64,000 bases of DNA from an uncultured Alphaproteobacteria bacterium (GCA_963719745.1 CAVRDC010000019.1:155941-219940); one strand, 5' to 3'; positions 39,357 to 49,072 are shown, counted from the first letter of the stretch. Translations and numbers: made by a program. Notes: generated by a model not told the origin, from the sequence alone.

Positions 39357-39852
39357 GCTAGCTGCGGGACCGCCAGAGGTTTTGTCTTTGGCTAAGGCCA
39401 GAGGGGGTTGTAGCAAGTTGCTTCGACTACGGCTCGTGACGAGCATTCCCAGCGCCGCGTCGCACATTGAGAGTACGGCGCGGTTCCCTTTCGGTGCCGC
39501 GGGCGTTGTCGGTCGGTTAGGGCCCGTTGGAAACGGTGCTCTTTGCCAGCACAGTCGTTTGATACACGGTTTACATGCATCGATTGGGGCGACTTATATT
39601 AGGGGGCTGTCTGATGTGGGCGATCGATTTCCCGACGCTGAAACTTATCCTTACCGCTGGATTGCTCCTCGGCCTGCAGGGTATTTCGGCTGGGAAGTTG
39701 GCGCGATCCCCGGACCCTATACGAAGCTTGCGCACGCCATCGTGGGTGCAAGCGCGCTGTGGCAGCTTGCCCGGCAACGGTTCCCGGTTTCGTTCGCCGT
39801 CTCCCTATTGATTGCTGGATTGATTGTAGTCAGGGAAATACCCGTGCGGTAG
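38401..39852 (+). CDS. IS481-family DDE transposase (integrase core); the ORF has no stop inside the element and reads on into flanking DNA
   Basis: MNMHKNARLTPRGRERIVRRV..GELIHIDIKKLG..HVCINDASRVAF..VMTDNGSCYRS..KPYTPKTNGKAERF..YNWHRPHGSL..DNLLRLHS. Family similarity ends near 39354. The remaining ~165 codons are flank-encoded. Confidence 0.8.
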   Translation: MNMHKNARLTPRGRERIVRRVESGQTAEAVSEAAGVGPRTVRKWVDRYRREGLAGLQDRSSRPHRLHRATPQAVVAEIERLRRQRWIGNQIAAEVGVSPATVSRVLRRLGLNKLSALEPAEPVRRYERENPGELIHIDIKKLGRIGSVGHRITGRYPGAVNRHHGIDWEFVHVCINDASRVAFVEVLANQRKESSVAFLEAAVTYYAKLGIRIERVMTDNGSCYRSKTFRAACKRLGLRQIFTKPYTPKTNGKAERFIQTALREWAYARAYQNSDQRSAELLEWLRRYNWHRPHGSLKANTPISCLGLSEDNLLRLHSWLAAGPPEVLSLAKARGGCSKLLRLRLVTSIPSAASHIESTARFPFGAAGVVGRLGPVGNGALCQHSRLIHGLHASIGATYIRGLSDVGDRFPDAETYPYRWIAPRPAGYFGWEVGAIPGPYTKLAHAIVGASALWQLARQRFPVSFAVSLLIAGLIVVREIPVR

Positions 39853-39928
39853 CGAGCTCGTCGCCGCGCCGATGCCCGACCCGAAACGCGGCTCTTTCAT
39901 GCTCGTCCGCGGACCGATCAAAAATATC

Positions 39929-40711
39929 TCACCGGCGCCGGTAAACTCGATTGGCGAGTCGGCGAAAGATCAGGTCGACAATGGTGTGCGCGACGGAGAG
40001 CTGATTTCGGGACGTCAGCGCGTTCGAGCGGCTCGTTCGCCGCTCTACGGTCTTCACCGGGACTTCCTTGTAGCTGAAGCCCTGATCGAGCAGCATGCAA
40101 ATGATGTCGGCCTGGAAGCCGAAGCCGCGCGTGTTGGGATGCCAGCGCATCACGTTGTAGCGCAGATGCACCGCAAGGCCGTTGTAGTAATGGAGGCGAA
40201 ACCCGCTGATCAAATTGACCAGGCCGGCATAGGCAATGGAGAGAACGCGGCGGTACAGGCTCTTGCCTTCGCTGGAAACGTAGTAGGGGATCACCATGTC
40301 GGCCTGACCGATTTGCCGGAATACGGCGACCATGGTCTCTTTCGGCTCGGCGTTGTCGCCGCAGATCAGACGATAGTATTTGCCTTTGCCGATGAAGGCG
40401 GCATCCAGATAATTCTGCGCCAGCCCTCGATTTTTTTTGTTAGTGCGCAGCAGAATGCGCTCCTCGGGATGTGTTGAGATATATTCGTTGACTGCGTCGG
40501 TCGAGCGGTCGCGCGAGCAGTCGTCGACGACGATGATCTCGTAGCTGATGTTGCCGATTTCGTTCAGGGCGTCACGCACCGTCTCGATGGTGGCGATGAT
40601 GTACTCCTCTTCGTTGTAGCAGGAGACGAAGACGGTGAGGTCGAGCGGCTCCTGCCGGCCGGGCATGACGGCATCCGCCGCGCGGTGCAGTAACGCGGCC
40701 GCTGGCGTCAT
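39929..40711 (-). CDS. GT2 glycosyltransferase (polyprenyl-phosphate sugar synthase-like)
   Basis: LTVFVSCYNEEEYIIATIETV..EIIVVDDCSRDRS..RGLAQNY..YRLICGDNAE. Start taken at MTPAAALL (40711), 35 bp downstream of the upstream gene's stop. The longer 400-aa ORF overlaps the upstream gene and is Arg-rich nonsense. Confidence 0.7.
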   Translation of the reverse strand: MTPAAALLHRAADAVMPGRQEPLDLTVFVSCYNEEEYIIATIETVRDALNEIGNISYEIIVVDDCSRDRSTDAVNEYISTHPEERILLRTNKKNRGLAQNYLDAAFIGKGKYYRLICGDNAEPKETMVAVFRQIGQADMVIPYYVSSEGKSLYRRVLSIAYAGLVNLISGFRLHYYNGLAVHLRYNVMRWHPNTRGFGFQADIICMLLDQGFSYKEVPVKTVERRTSRSNALTSRNQLSVAHTIVDLIFRRLANRVYRRR

Positions 40712-40746
40712 GACCACGTCCGCAGGGAAGAGCCCCGTCGCCACGG

Positions 40747-41463
40747 TCAGCTCCCGCCACCGATCGAATCGATTCGCACCGCGACCTGCTGGCGGGCAAA
40801 ACCGAGATAGGTGTATTTGACGGCGGACGCGGCCACGAACTCCTGGAAGGCTTTGAATTCGTGCTGCTCCCAGTTCGGATAGTTGAAATATTCGTCGAAC
40901 AGAATCACGCTGCCGCCGATCAGCCGCGGTGCGATCAGGTTGAGAACGGTCTTGGTCGAACTGTAGAGATCGCAATCGACGTGAACGAATGCGATCGGGC
41001 CGGGATGGCCCGCGAGCCAGGTCGGCAGGCTGGCATCGAAGTAGCCGCGGTGAAGCTCGACGTTGGCGGGAACGCGCGGCAAGCGCCCGCCCACATCGAA
41101 AGCCCTGCCGCCGAGATTGAAGCCGGACCATGCCTCCGGCAGTCCCTCGAAGCTGTCGAATCCGTGGATGGTCCGTCGGCCGATATGGCGGGCGATGAAC
41201 CTGATCGTGCCGCCGGTAAAGACCCCGAATTCAAGATAATGACCCTCCACGGCGGTCGCGTGCAACGAAAATTCGATCAGCTCGCGCTGGCTGTCGAAGC
41301 CGAGCGCGTCCGGCAGTGCGCTCTCGATGTAATCGACGCTGCGCTGCAATGCGCGCAGGGAGCGCTCGCGCGCCGGATGAATGCGGCCGACGTCGGTGGC
41401 CTGATAGAATCCGCAGATGATTTTGTAGAGCAGGTATTTCAGCCGGAAATTGGTGATCAGCAT
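40747..41463 (-). CDS. TylF/MycF-family (macrocin O-methyltransferase-like) class I methyltransferase
   Basis: GHYLEFGVFTGGTIRFIA..IHGFDSFEGLP..FVHVDCDLYSSTKTVLNLIAPRLIGGSVILFDEYFNYPNWEQHEFKAFQEF. Uninterrupted. Confidence 0.7.
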   Translation of the reverse strand: MLITNFRLKYLLYKIICGFYQATDVGRIHPARERSLRALQRSVDYIESALPDALGFDSQRELIEFSLHATAVEGHYLEFGVFTGGTIRFIARHIGRRTIHGFDSFEGLPEAWSGFNLGGRAFDVGGRLPRVPANVELHRGYFDASLPTWLAGHPGPIAFVHVDCDLYSSTKTVLNLIAPRLIGGSVILFDEYFNYPNWEQHEFKAFQEFVAASAVKYTYLGFARQQVAVRIDSIGGGS

Positions 41464-41560
41464 GGCAGTTTTGAGGGCTCGGGCGTCGGCAAGCCGCTAT
41501 CGCCGACCACGTGTATCATGTCGGGCCATCGCGGACAGCACCGCAGCAGTATTCCCCCTT

Positions 41561-42553
41561 TTATTTCGAAGGCGCGGCGGCGCCCCCTCGCTCCTTCAGC
41601 GTGAGCCAGACTACGCCGCCCGGAAGGCTCAACAGCGTGGTGATGAGACCGACCTCCACCGACAATAGCACTGCCGCTTCCCGGTCGACGCCAAGGAGGC
41701 CGAGAAGCGCCACCATGGACACTTCGCGCACACCCCACCCGGCAAGCGAAATCGGCAACGCCGCGACAAAGATCACGATCGACATGACCGCAGTCATCGC
41801 CATCAGGCCGACATCGATGCCCAAGCTGCGCGCAATACAATAGGCGGCGAGCACGCCGCAAGCGGCCGATGCCACGGCCCAGGCCAGTCCAAGCAGGCCA
41901 CCGCGCCCGGCAAGATGGCGCACATCCTCGGTCGTGCGTAGGACAAAGTTAATGAGGCTTCGGTTGCGCCAGGGTCCGAGCAAGCGCTCGATGGGCTGAA
42001 GAAGAAGAAATCCTGCCGCCGCGCACACAAGAACCGCCACGCCGCCGAACCAAATGCTCGCCGCCAGCGGATGCGCGATGCTCGGCAAGGTGATCACGGC
42101 GAGCACGATCAAAGCGCCGACGACTAATATGCGGTCGAGCAGCACCGATATGACGAGCTGCCTGACGGAAAGCGGGAACCGCCGCGCCAACAAGACTCGG
42201 GCAACGTCGCCAACGATCGTACCGAGCGGCAGGTAGTTGAAGAATATGCTGGCGTAGAATACCGGCTGCACGCGCAGCAGCGGCGGAGGCCGGCCGTGCA
42301 TCAACGCGGCAAGGATCGTGCGCCAGCGCTCGGCGCCGAAGCCGATCTGCAATAGAACGAGGGCGCCGGCGGCAAGGAGCAAGCTTCGGTCCTGCTCCGA
42401 CAGCAACCGGACGAGAACACGGCGGTCAATTCCTCGGAAAACAAAGTAGAGTGTGACCGCGGTGAGTGCGATGGAGAGGCCGAGCACCAGCCAGCGGCGG
42501 TAGAATTGGCTGCGCGTGGTCGAGTTTTCGGTCGACAAAACGGCTACAATCAC
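41561..42553 (-). CDS. UPF0104 / LPG-synthase-TM 'flippase-like' integral membrane protein
   Basis: 330 aa, about 8 helices. Family-like N-terminal pattern (LVLGLSIALTAVTLYFVF..GFGAERWRTIL). Typical pairing with a GT2 gene immediately downstream. Confidence 0.6.
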   Translation of the reverse strand: MIVAVLSTENSTTRSQFYRRWLVLGLSIALTAVTLYFVFRGIDRRVLVRLLSEQDRSLLLAAGALVLLQIGFGAERWRTILAALMHGRPPPLLRVQPVFYASIFFNYLPLGTIVGDVARVLLARRFPLSVRQLVISVLLDRILVVGALIVLAVITLPSIAHPLAASIWFGGVAVLVCAAAGFLLLQPIERLLGPWRNRSLINFVLRTTEDVRHLAGRGGLLGLAWAVASAACGVLAAYCIARSLGIDVGLMAMTAVMSIVIFVAALPISLAGWGVREVSMVALLGLLGVDREAAVLLSVEVGLITTLLSLPGGVVWLTLKERGGAAAPSK

Positions 42554-42974
42554 CTCGTTGCACCCCAGCGAACCATAGACCCCTTTTGGCAGCTTTCCGC
42601 GCGGGCCTCAAGGCTACCGAAGAGCATGCGGGCAAGAGGGGCCGGGCAGGCTGCTGGCCAATCCGCGCGCTGCATAGGGCGGCGGTTCCAAGGGGATTGT
42701 CAGCGGACAAAGCTCGAAGCGCGAGAAATGGGCGAGGCCAGTAATCGCGTTCGAACGCCCAAACAGGTTGCCGAATTCGCAACATACCTTTAAAGACATC
42801 GCGCGGGAACGGATGGCCTTCAGTGCGTGTTGGCGTTGCACTTGGGGGCGCCAGTTCACTTAGGTCGGCTAATCTTCCCCCGCCGTCGTTTTCGGATTTG
42901 CTGCCTGCAAAGTAACTTAGGGTCCTTTCCCGATCAAAGAGCACGTTTCGAATGTTGGTCGCCGCCGTATCGCC

Positions 42975-45290
42975 GTGAAACGCTCGAATGCCATATCGCG
43001 GGCTTTCGAGTCCCCTGCAAGCTTCGCTGCATTTACGGCCTTTGTGGGAGTCTATCTCGCGCTTTTGGCGTGGTTCAAGCTTATCGACGTCTATCACACG
43101 GAGTTCTCAACCGCCGGCGTCGTGGTATTTGCGTACAACTTGTTTCGCACGCTCTTTATCTTTTATTTGTTTTGGATGCTCTACTGTGCAGGGGATTTCC
43201 TGCTGCACGCTATTTTACGCCGCGGTGTCGCAGAGCTGGGATTGATTGATGACATTGGTCTGAAATTCTTTGCTGGTGCCGGTGTTTGGCACATCGCGCT
43301 TTTGGTGCTCGGCTATCTTCGACTTTACACTGTATCAATCGCGATCGGCATCACATTGCCTTTCGTAGTGATCTCGTTCTTTGATTTTTGGGCCGTCGTC
43401 CAGCGGGCTTTGAGGTCCTGGCGTCACCGACAGCGGGGCGGCTCGTCGCTGAACAATGTGGCCGCGTGGGCATTGCTGGGCCTTGCGGTTGCGGCCGCGC
43501 TGGCGCTGTTTGTCGCGAAGGGACTTTATCCTGGCGGTGGCCACGATTATTTCCTGCACTATTTTGCCTACTATCGATCGGTGATCGACGAGGGCGGCTT
43601 ATGGCCCAATCAGGTCTGGTACCAATATTATTACTCCAAAGGCGCGGGACTGTATTTCCTCGGGTTCTTGCTGACAGATCCGTTGGCACCGCAGCTCGTG
43701 TCGTATGGCTTCATTTTGGTTGCCGGACTCATTGTCTACCGGTTCATCGAGCACTTTTCGGCCGGTCCAATGTGGCCGTTGGTAGGTGTCGTTCTCTTCT
43801 TTGGTGTCTTCATTTACACGCCCGGACGCGGGGAGTTCATGCTGAACGGTGGATGGGGTGACTTCGAGAAGCTGCACGAGCTGAACGCGGCTTTGGTTAT
43901 TGCAATTCTCTGGATGAGTGCCGGTGCGCTTGATCGGAACTCTCGGTCGACCGCAGCCTGGCTCATCGGCGCCGCATCTGCGATCACCGCGGCCGTGATC
44001 ATCAACACGCCGATCTCAATCTATCTCGGTGGAGTGTTTTGTCTTTTGGCTGCATGGTTCTTAATTCGTGGTGCCGGCTCGCGCGGACTTATCTGCTTTG
44101 CGCTCGCCGGTGTGAGCGGGGCGATGCTTTGCGTCGTGCTGGCGTTGAATTATTTCACGAGCGGTCTGATCGACGACCAGGGAATCCTATATTTCTGGCC
44201 CTTGGCCGACGTCGAGCGGCTCTATCGTTGGGGCTCACTTGCGCTGGTCATCATGCTCTACAAAGGCCGGGCCGCCATGGCCGGCCATAGTGTACCTCTG
44301 TCGTTCCAATTCATATGGCTGTTCTTGCACTTTCTGCGGCTCTACCTGCTCTATCCGCTGTTTATTGGCGGATTTCTTGTCCTGCTCATCGCCGCTATCA
44401 GGCGATCGCCGTTGCGAAGACAGTTCATCGAGATCGGAGATGACGGGCACGGGGCCGTGCTAGCGGGCGGGCTCGTAATATTCGCGATAATCGCCTACGC
44501 GAGCCGCGATCAGCCCATTTCTTTCTTTCGCTTTTCGAGCTTTATCGTGCCGATTTTGGTCGTTGTCGGGGTAACGCTTTGGTCAGTCTCGCTCGAAAAC
44601 CTTATGCCAGGTACGCCGCGATCAGCGTGGTGCGCCGCAGCGCCGCTGCTGGTCGTGGCTGCCGTCGCGGCGGCGACGATCAAGAGCTTTGGTAACAATA
44701 ATGTTCGCGCGCATCTAGCTAACGCATGGCGGTTCGCCGTCGGCGGGTTCAGCATCGACCGGGCCTACACTACGCAAATTGAGGCGGGCCGTTACCCGTG
44801 GGGCGGCATCTATCCTGGCGCGCGCGGCGCGTATCGCGTGTTGGGGCCGCGTGCGCCGATTTGGTCGTTTCACATTTCGGCCTACTGCATGCTGCCGGAT
44901 TGCAACATGCTCACATATCCGCCTTTCACCATGGGCCCCGATTGGGATCGGGTGATGTTTGGCACGGCCGAGGAGGCGAAGCAGGCGTTGCAAAAAGCCG
45001 GCATCGATTATTTCCTGTTTTCAAAAGAGCTGGGGGTTTTGGATCCTTTGGTGAAGAGCCCGCTCTTTGCCCCCGATCAAATCGGCCGAAATCTCGGCAT
45101 CCTGTGGACTGACGGCACCACGGTGCTCCTGACCTGGTCGGGATTAGACACGCGGCCGTTGGACAACTCGTGGATCGAGCCCTATCGCAAAGCCGCCGAA
45201 GGCGCGCAGTCAGTCGGCGACCTCAAGGATATCTTTGAACGTCTCCGCGCGACGCCCCACCCTTGGCACTCGTTCAAGCTGCCGTGGTAG
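42975..45290 (+). CDS. 771-aa polytopic membrane protein with a ~200-aa soluble C-terminal domain (GT-C/ArnT-like architecture, family not recognised)
   Basis: Uninterrupted ORF with more than 12 hydrophobic segments, then a hydrophilic tail (IDRAYTTQIEAGRYPWGGIYPGARGAYRVLG..AGIDYFLFSKELGVLDPLV..). The function is inferred from architecture and neighbours only. Confidence 0.45.
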   Translation: MKRSNAISRAFESPASFAAFTAFVGVYLALLAWFKLIDVYHTEFSTAGVVVFAYNLFRTLFIFYLFWMLYCAGDFLLHAILRRGVAELGLIDDIGLKFFAGAGVWHIALLVLGYLRLYTVSIAIGITLPFVVISFFDFWAVVQRALRSWRHRQRGGSSLNNVAAWALLGLAVAAALALFVAKGLYPGGGHDYFLHYFAYYRSVIDEGGLWPNQVWYQYYYSKGAGLYFLGFLLTDPLAPQLVSYGFILVAGLIVYRFIEHFSAGPMWPLVGVVLFFGVFIYTPGRGEFMLNGGWGDFEKLHELNAALVIAILWMSAGALDRNSRSTAAWLIGAASAITAAVIINTPISIYLGGVFCLLAAWFLIRGAGSRGLICFALAGVSGAMLCVVLALNYFTSGLIDDQGILYFWPLADVERLYRWGSLALVIMLYKGRAAMAGHSVPLSFQFIWLFLHFLRLYLLYPLFIGGFLVLLIAAIRRSPLRRQFIEIGDDGHGAVLAGGLVIFAIIAYASRDQPISFFRFSSFIVPILVVVGVTLWSVSLENLMPGTPRSAWCAAAPLLVVAAVAAATIKSFGNNNVRAHLANAWRFAVGGFSIDRAYTTQIEAGRYPWGGIYPGARGAYRVLGPRAPIWSFHISAYCMLPDCNMLTYPPFTMGPDWDRVMFGTAEEAKQALQKAGIDYFLFSKELGVLDPLVKSPLFAPDQIGRNLGILWTDGTTVLLTWSGLDTRPLDNSWIEPYRKAAEGAQSVGDLKDIFERLRATPHPWHSFKLPW

Positions 45291-45673
45291 GCAGCGGCGT
45301 CAAACCGTCCTGCCGTTGCCTTCATCCGTAAGCTTTGGCAGAGCGGACGGCTCTCGCTTCATCTTCCTCGCAGCGCCCGGTCGCAGTGAAGTGAAGGCAA
45401 TGCTTTTTGTGATTTTCTACTTGACTTCCTGCTTCGCAGTACTGGGTTATATTGGGCGTAGGCCAACCCTGCACACCGCTCATGGGCCTGCGGCAGTTCA
45501 TTGCGAAAGGAGAAACTCAGGTCGGGCCGGCAGCATGGCGTGAATCGAGCGCGCGGAGAGGCTCGGGCCTGAGGCTTCCAGGAACGGGCCGGACTGATAT
45601 CAGACGCGTTTTTAGATTGCGGCTGCCGCCAGACGGCGCTAGCTATTGCGGGCGCCGTTCGATACAGGCTTGG

Positions 45674-47011
45674 GTGAAAGTGCTCGATCTGGTGGAAAAA
45701 GTCGAGGTTGAGCCTTCGGTTCGATACGGCTGGGGACAAAGCGAGATATTACCCCTTACGGGATTAAGGTTCTTTGCTGCGATTTTCGTTGTTTTGGGCC
45801 ATTCGGTCAATTCGCTTCTGACATTCAATCCGCCGGCCGAGAGATTGACGATGGTATTCTATACCCTCGTACCGCTTGGCATGACGCTATTTTTCGTACT
45901 GTCAGGATTTGTTATTCATTACAATTATTATGTATCGGTGCGAAAAGGAAAACAGGGCTCAGCAAAATTTTTTGTTGCCCGATTCGCGAGGCTTGTTCCA
46001 CTCTACGCGCTTCTCCTGTTCGCTGAACTCGGGATTTCATGGGCCCCCAGCGAGTTCCCATCGGCCTATTACTATTTCGGATTGGCTCAAAGCTGGGTCT
46101 ACATTCAGCTAGACGGCAAATCCCTGCTTAGTCACATGATCTATGCGCCTGTAACGTGGTCGATCAGCACCGAGTGGTTCTTCTATTGCCTTTATCCATT
46201 AGTTGCCACTTTAGTGTTTCGTAAGGGGGTCGTTACGCTCGCCGCCATTACGCTGTGCTACATGGGCGTTCTCTCGCTCGGGTATCTGTATCCAAATGCA
46301 ATCGACGATTTCGGCTTCCGCATGTGGGGGCCGACTGCCGTGGACCATAGCGACGGGAACACGCTCTTTTACGCGTGGGTTTTGAACTTTTCGCCCATAG
46401 GAAGGCTGCATGAGTTTTTCACCGGTGTTATTGCCGCGCATGTGTTTGTGAAACTCTCCAATCGCGACGCAACAACGCAATCCGAGTCGATCATCGGCGC
46501 TGCACTCCTCATCGGAGCGCTCGCGGCGCTGCTCGCGGTGCAGATCGCGCTACGTAGTCCGGCACACATCCCCTATCAATACATTGCAGCGGCGAGCACG
46601 TTCCTCGTGCCGCTTTCGATTGGAACGACGATCTTCAGTCTCGGCAGATACCCTTCAATACCCGCCAAACTTCTTTCAGTGGCCCCGCTGGTGGCCGCCG
46701 GTGACGCAAGCTACTCAATCTACCTGTTTCACCTACCGGCTCTTCAGATCGTCAGCTTCAAACAAACCATTCCATTGAATCGATTGTTTGAAGAAATCGC
46801 GGCATCGCGATACATCGTGTTTCTGACGCTGCTGATTTTGTTCTGCATCGGCATGTACCGGGTCTATGAAACCGACATGAGGTCATTCATCCGCATGCAT
46901 GTGGACGTAACAAAACCCGCAGTGGCGTATCTCGTGATTGTATTTTGCGTGGGAGTTCCGACCGCCACTGCGATTTACGGCTGGTGCGCGAGCTTTGGCC
47001 TGCTGAGATAA
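45674..47011 (+). CDS. Acyltransferase family 3 (O-acyltransferase, OafA/NolL-like), intact
   Basis: LTGLRFFAAIFVVLGH..LFFVLSGFVIHYNY..VTWSISTEWFFYCLYP..GDASYSIYLFHLP. The GTG start at 45674 is chosen because the upstream part of the 519-aa ORF is non-family Arg/Gly-rich text. Confidence 0.75.
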   Translation: MKVLDLVEKVEVEPSVRYGWGQSEILPLTGLRFFAAIFVVLGHSVNSLLTFNPPAERLTMVFYTLVPLGMTLFFVLSGFVIHYNYYVSVRKGKQGSAKFFVARFARLVPLYALLLFAELGISWAPSEFPSAYYYFGLAQSWVYIQLDGKSLLSHMIYAPVTWSISTEWFFYCLYPLVATLVFRKGVVTLAAITLCYMGVLSLGYLYPNAIDDFGFRMWGPTAVDHSDGNTLFYAWVLNFSPIGRLHEFFTGVIAAHVFVKLSNRDATTQSESIIGAALLIGALAALLAVQIALRSPAHIPYQYIAAASTFLVPLSIGTTIFSLGRYPSIPAKLLSVAPLVAAGDASYSIYLFHLPALQIVSFKQTIPLNRLFEEIAASRYIVFLTLLILFCIGMYRVYETDMRSFIRMHVDVTKPAVAYLVIVFCVGVPTATAIYGWCASFGLLR

Positions 47012-47019
47012 CGAAACGA

Positions 47020-47525
47020 CGGCTGTTCTGCCTTCCTTCGCGAGACGCTCTCGGATGGTCCTGTGTTCCTCCGCGGTCGGCGCGGGCCCCAATTTCCTCC
47101 AATAACGAGCGCGACCGCGTCGTGGTTTCTTGGCTGGGTTTGACGACGCCTCGCGGGAATTCGTAGTGCCATGATCGCGTGCCATAGCCGAGCATTACGA
47201 CGACGTCAGCCCCGAGATGCGGCAGGACCACTACACCGGCCGGCTCGATTAATCGGTTGTAGGGACCAAAAAGCGTCCGTCGCGCACCTTGACCGCCTCG
47301 CGCAGCCGACAACGTAGGGATCGCCGCCGAGGACGCCGACCCGCAAATCCTCATCGCCATGACGTGCTTGGCCCGCAGCGCGCCCGCATCAGACTTGGCG
47401 CGCTCCATCATCGGTTCATCGGATAGGATGCGAAACGCGCCTAGCCCGGAGCTGGAGAACAATTCGGAACGTGTCGATTCGAGTCGGCGGTATCGCAGCA
47501 GACAGTCGTGGTCATTCCACAGCAT
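47020..47525 (-). pseudogene. Possible NUDIX hydrolase remnant
   Basis: GVVVLPHLGADVVVMLGYGTRSWHYEFPRGVVKPSQETTTRSRSLLEEIGA resembles a Nudix fold and box (Gx5Ex7..LLEEIG). Downstream text degenerates across frames, and the ORF overlaps the convergent acyltransferase end. Confidence 0.3.
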
Positions 47526-48019
47526 CGTTATCGGTCCTACTTCTGTAAGCCAATCCCATTGTAGGCGGTGATCTTTTCACGGAAACCATCGCGGCAATCG
47601 GGTTCGGACGAGCCTCGGTCACGCTTCCAGTCTTGGCAGGAAACTCCCGCTGGAGGCCGATCAGCAAGCCCCGTGAATCAGCCGAGAGGCTGAACGATTA
47701 CAACCGCCGCCGGTTGCATCGATCGCAGCAGGTGTGCTAGAGGTAAGCGTTGCGGCGCACAAGGATTCTTGTGGCATGACGCTGGCGATTGCGGCGTCAC
47801 GGATGGGAAGGCTAAGGCCAATTCGCGGCCGAAGACTGGGTGTGTGGCCGCTCACGGCACACGGCAAAACAGTCGGATGCTCGTCTAGCTGGGCGGGTTC
47901 CTACGGTTCCGCAGCGGCAAAAACGCGACTCCGAAGCGGAACTTTTATTGCGGCTTGAATTCGGCCGGTTACGCTCGCATAAAGACTTCGCAGTGAGCGG
48001 ACCTGGAGGGGGCTAACAC

Positions 48020-49072
48020 GTGGCAGCGCCTGTGGGAATTGACCTGGTGACGGGCGGTGCTGGCTTTATCGGAAGCCATCTCGTGGACCGTTTGCTGGCG
48101 CAGGGGCGGTCGGTGCGCGCATTTGACAGCTTTGTGGTCGGCCGCCGCGCCAACCTCAAACAACACAGCGGCAACCCGCTCCTGGAAATCGTGGAAGGCG
48201 ACGTAGCCGACAGCGCCGCAGTGATGGCGGCGGCCGCGGGAGCGGAGCGGATTTTTCACCTCGCCGCCCGCGCCGACATCGTGCCATCGATCCAGCAACC
48301 CGAGGCCTATTTCCGCTCCAACGTGGATGGAACGTTTTGCGTGCTCGAGGCGGCGCGCCACCACGGCGTCAAACGGCTGGTCTATGTCGCTTCCTCGTCG
48401 TGTTACGGCATTCCCTCAAACTATCCAACTCCCGAAACCGCGCCCGCCGATACGCGGTACCCATACGCGCTCACCAAATATCTCGGCGAGCAGTTGGTGA
48501 TGCATTGGGCCCAGGTCTATCGTCTGCCGGCCGTCTCGGTGCGCTTCTTTAACGTCTATGGGCCGCGCGCGCGTACCAGCGGCACCTATGGCGCCGTGTT
48601 TGGGGTTTTTCTCGCCCAACTCCTGGCCGGCGAGCCGCTGACCATCGTCGGCGACGGCGAGCAGACCAGAGATTTCACCTTTGTGAGCGACGTGGTCGAC
48701 GCATTGATCGCGGTCGCCGAGAGTGACAAGATCGGCGAGACATACAACGTGGGAAGCGGGCATCCGGTCAGCGTCAACGAATTGGTGCGCCTTCTGGGAT
48801 CGCCGCCATCGGTGCAAATTCCGAAGCGTCCCGGAGAGCCGGATTGCACTTGGGCCGATATTTCCAAGATCCGCCGTAACATCGGATGGCAGCCGAAGGT
48901 AAGCTTTGCCGATGGTGTCAAGGTGATGCGGCAGAACATCGAGTATTGGCGCGACGCACCGGTCTGGACGGCGTCGCGCATCGCTGAAGCGACCAGTGAT
49001 TGGTTTCGGTTTCTTGAAACGGATCGTGGTGGTGTGAGGGCGCGGGGATGGACTCAGGCGTCGCAAAACTGA
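48020..49072 (+). CDS. NAD-dependent NDP-sugar epimerase/dehydratase (extended SDR)
   Basis: VTGGAGFIGSHLVDRL, ASSSCYG, YALTKYLGE (YxxxK), FFNVYGPR, GDGEQTRDFTFVSD. First gene of a co-directional, tightly packed operon. Confidence 0.8.
   Translation: MAAPVGIDLVTGGAGFIGSHLVDRLLAQGRSVRAFDSFVVGRRANLKQHSGNPLLEIVEGDVADSAAVMAAAAGAERIFHLAARADIVPSIQQPEAYFRSNVDGTFCVLEAARHHGVKRLVYVASSSCYGIPSNYPTPETAPADTRYPYALTKYLGEQLVMHWAQVYRLPAVSVRFFNVYGPRARTSGTYGAVFGVFLAQLLAGEPLTIVGDGEQTRDFTFVSDVVDALIAVAESDKIGETYNVGSGHPVSVNELVRLLGSPPSVQIPKRPGEPDCTWADISKIRRNIGWQPKVSFADGVKVMRQNIEYWRDAPVWTASRIAEATSDWFRFLETDRGGVRARGWTQASQN

Noticed and set aside
39353-39852. C-terminal ~165-aa extension of the IS481 transposase as a genuine extra domain
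   Set aside because: It lies outside the right inverted repeat and target duplication, so it is flank-encoded read-through. Whether the flank was once coding is left as an open question in the findings.
39929-41131. Full 400-aa ORF as the GT2 gene
   Set aside because: The N-terminal 140 residues overlap the TylF-type methyltransferase gene in another frame and are Arg-rich nonsense. The GT2 signature starts just after the Met at 40711.
45452-45673. N-terminal 74 residues of the 519-aa acyltransferase ORF
   Set aside because: This is Arg/Gly-rich non-family text upstream of the conserved LTGLRFFAA start region. The GTG at 45674 gives a normal-length acyltransferase-3.
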